Assembly: GCA_050613775.1 (NCBI GenBank)
Contig: JBODTK010000012.1
Span: 558,001-622,000, forward strand
Direction: 5' to 3'
From: Neocallimastix sp. 'constans'
Lineage: Eukaryota
Length of the DNA stretch: 64,000 bases
Positions 60,801-64,000 of this stretch are shown here, one piece after another; positions within the stretch are counted from its first letter, which is position 1, and every line of letters starts with the position of its first letter. The notes under the pieces are model-generated. The model was not told the DNA's origin. It saw only the letters and a list, made by a program, of their open reading frames with translations, and made no database searches. Position numbers and translations under genes: made by a program.

Positions 60801-63683
60801 TGATATAAAACAAATATGTGTAGTAACATATTTGTATATTTAATAATAATTATTAAATATTAAATTTATATCTTTTTGATAATAATTATTTTATTTTATT
60901 TTATTTCAATATGTTTTATTATAATTATAATAATTATAATACTTTATTTCATATAAAATTTATATATTTCTATATATTAGAATATATAATTAATATATAT
61001 TACCTATTTCTTATAAATAGATAAATAGATTAAATTATTTATATTTGAAATAGTGAACTCTCTTGTAAATTTTTAGGAATTACAATTATTATTTTAATTG
61101 TACGAATATTATAATTTTATTAATAAAATTTACTAAACAACCATTATTTTAAAAATCCACTGCTTATAAATTATTGTACATAAAAGTCCCGCATATCAAA
61201 AATTAGTGGAGATATCGGGGATGTGCTGTGTAAAAAGTAATTTATAAGTAGTGGTGTTTTGTGATTTTATTAATTATTTATAAATTCGTTTCATTTAGGA
61301 TTAATATTTTATTTAGGATTAATATATTATTTAAGAAATAATTTAGGATATAATTTTTTTTTTTTTTTGGTTGTTTATAGTTATTTTATCTTAGGTGAAG
61401 AGAGAGTTATACAATATAAGTTATTTCATTAATTTTAGTATAGATAAAATAAATTGTTTTAAAATATATTAATATTTGGAGATTTAATCATTATTTATTA
61501 AAAAAAAAAAAAAATTATATATAAATTTTTAAAATATATAATTTTAATAAAGAAACATTATTATTATTATTAATTAATTGTTAACAATGAAAAATAGCAA
61601 TTTTACTGGCCATCGGGTAGACACTGAGTCCCTTCCAAGAATTACCGGATCTTATAGAAATACTGAAATTTGGAAGTTTAAAATTAATGATTGGTTTAAG
61701 AAGGAAGGCATTGCTATCAATGAAGATAAATATAGTTACATAATTATGGCTGCTGAAGATGACATCGTAAAGGTAATTATGGAAAAAGTAAGAGAGGTAA
61801 ATAGAACTCTTACTTTAGATGAATGTGTTGTTCTCATAAAAAAAAGATATTAAAGGGAAAACCAAAGGGATAATAATTATGAAAATATATTACAAGAATC
61901 TCACTGGAGAAATAAAAAAAGTTTTAATAATTATAAAAATTATTCACCTAATATACAGCCAATGGATACATATATTAATAACTTTAGTAATTCATTGAAT
62001 AAAGGAAATAATAGAATATCTATTAACAGTTCTTCCAACAACTACAATGGATACATTGTTAATAGTAATTATAGTAATTATAATGATAATACATTTAACA
62101 CATGGAGTGGAAATAGTAATCAGAGAAATTTTAGGAATTATAGAAGATTTAATATGAATAATGATAATAACAATAATTTAAATATTAGCAATGAAAATTA
62201 TAATAACAGTAATAATAATTTTTACAATTTAAGAAAAAGGAAAATTTTAATACCAAATTTAAATAATAATTCAACAATTAATAATAGTAATAAAGGCAAT
62301 AATTATACAGGAAATGACAACAATAAAGATAGTAACAATATTAATAATATTAATGAAAATGTAATTAATAATAATTCAATCAATAATATTGTCAATAATA
62401 ATATATCTAATTTGGTTACAAATAATAATATTAACAATAATAAAAATGACGCTTTGGATAAAACAGTAAATGTAGAACAAAATAAATTAAACGCGTTAAA
62501 AATGGATAATTTCAGAGGAAATAATAAAATAGGAAATGCTAATAATGGAAAATGTGAAACAAATAATAATAGTATAATTACTAAAGAAGAAAATAAAAAT
62601 AATTCCATTGGTAATGAAGATATTAAGAAAAATCAAAATAATAATATAGAAATTAATAATATTATAACAATAAAAATTGAAACTATGATAATAATGAAAA
62701 TAATAATTTAAATAGTAAAAAGAATAAAGATAATAATGATATTATTGAGAATTCTAAAAATATAATTTATAAGAAATATAGTAATAAAAATGTAAATGAA
62801 GATTTAAATGTTAAAGAATCTGTACAAGTTAATAATATTAACAGTAGTTTGACTAAAGAATCAAAAATTATTGATAATAAAAATTCAAAAATAAACAATA
62901 TTCAAATAATTCCAAATAATAATAATGACGAGCAATGTATAAATGAAAAGTATTCAGTTAATAATAAAAATTCCCTGATTGATTGTAGTAAAATTATAAA
63001 TATAGATAGTGATAAGGAAAAAAAAATTAAAATTAAAAAGAATATTAAAATTCCACCTATTGGTATTCAAAATATTGGTAAAAATAAAATAAATATTAAT
63101 AAATTAATGATGCCCAAACCTGAGATCGCGTTAAAGGATATTATTATTTATAGCAACAATCGCGTTGATACCAAACGAATAATTAGGAATTATAGATACA
63201 AAAGAAAATAAAATTTTAAAAATTATTATTTATATTAATTAAACCTTATATTTTCTTTTATAAAAAAAATATATAATTTAATTTTTAGCAAGGGCATTTC
63301 TGATATAAAACAAATATGTGTAGTAACATATTTGTATATTTAATAATAATTATTAAATATTAAATTTATATCTTTTTGATAATTATTTTATTTTATTTTA
63401 TTTCAATATGTTTTATTATAATTATAATAATTACAATACTTTATTTCATATAAAATTTATATATTTCTATATATTAGAATATATAATTAATATATTACCT
63501 ATTTCTTATAAATAGATTAAATTATTTATATTTGAAATAGTGAACTCTCTTGTAAATTTTTAGGAATTAGAATTATTATTTTAATTGTACGAATATTATA
63601 ATTTTATTAATAAAATTTACTAAACAACCATTATTTAAAACCCACTGCTTATAAATTGTTGCACACAAAAGTCCCGCATATCA
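60801..63683 (+). mobile_element. Non-autonomous LTR retrotransposon: LTRs 60801-61198 and 63301-63683, 4-bp TSD ATTA, gag-like remnant only
   Basis: Direct repeats with TGATAT...ATATCA ends. The empty site gaac-atta-taaaatc is present in copy 1 at 51481-51495. Gag-like ORF 61578-61853 followed by Asn-rich frames; no pol. Confidence 0.93.
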
Positions 63684-63790
63684 ATTATAAAATCATTTGA
63701 TTTAAATTTGTTTTTATGACATTAATTTTTATTTGAATAATAAATTTTATTTTATATTAATTAAGGTTTGAATATTTGTATGTTTTATCC

Positions 63791-63838
<48 letters not shown>

Positions 63839-64000
63839 AATTATAAAAAATATTATTTATAATAAAATTTAAAATTTAATTAAAATTTCCCAATTTTTCT
63901 GAAAAATTGGAATAAAAAAATTATCAAATATAAAATTACACCAAAAAAATATTAAAACAAAATTCATCATATTTAACTGAATTTTTTTATTTTTTATTTA

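Larger units (their letters stand above)
56136..64000 (+). repeat. Segmental duplication, copy 2 (runs off the right edge)
   Basis: Starts aatatttac.tgaagga.cgttattactaagattattttacatat, as at 46437. Confidence 0.95.

Overview
Extremely AT-rich eukaryotic DNA with spliceosomal GT-AG introns, poly-Asn tracts, a CBM18 relic and long microsatellites. It most likely comes from an anaerobic gut fungus (Neocallimastigomycota); this is an inference. Intact-looking genes: the 5' end of an unknown spliced gene (window start), a 4-exon Rab-GAP/TBC gene (GYP5/EVI5-like), a 2-exon PHO80/PREG-type cyclin, a strongly codon-biased 87-aa repeat microprotein, an ankyrin-repeat gene, and two intronless LURP-one/tubby-like membrane-anchored paralogues. 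The rest is pseudogenes, LTR retroelements and repeats. Most notable: (1) the two LURP-like paralogues lie in a near-identical ~9.7-kb tandem duplication but differ at about 50 amino acids with only a handful of silent changes, clustered in patches, which points to a rapidly diversifying recognition protein. (2) A chromovirus is bounded by two inverted copies of the same LTR end yet has a clean 5-bp TSD. (3) An ~820-bp near-perfect palindrome lies upstream of the first gene. (4) An isolated Elongator ELP1 fragment is followed by a long (AAT)n tract. All alignments and counts were done by eye.
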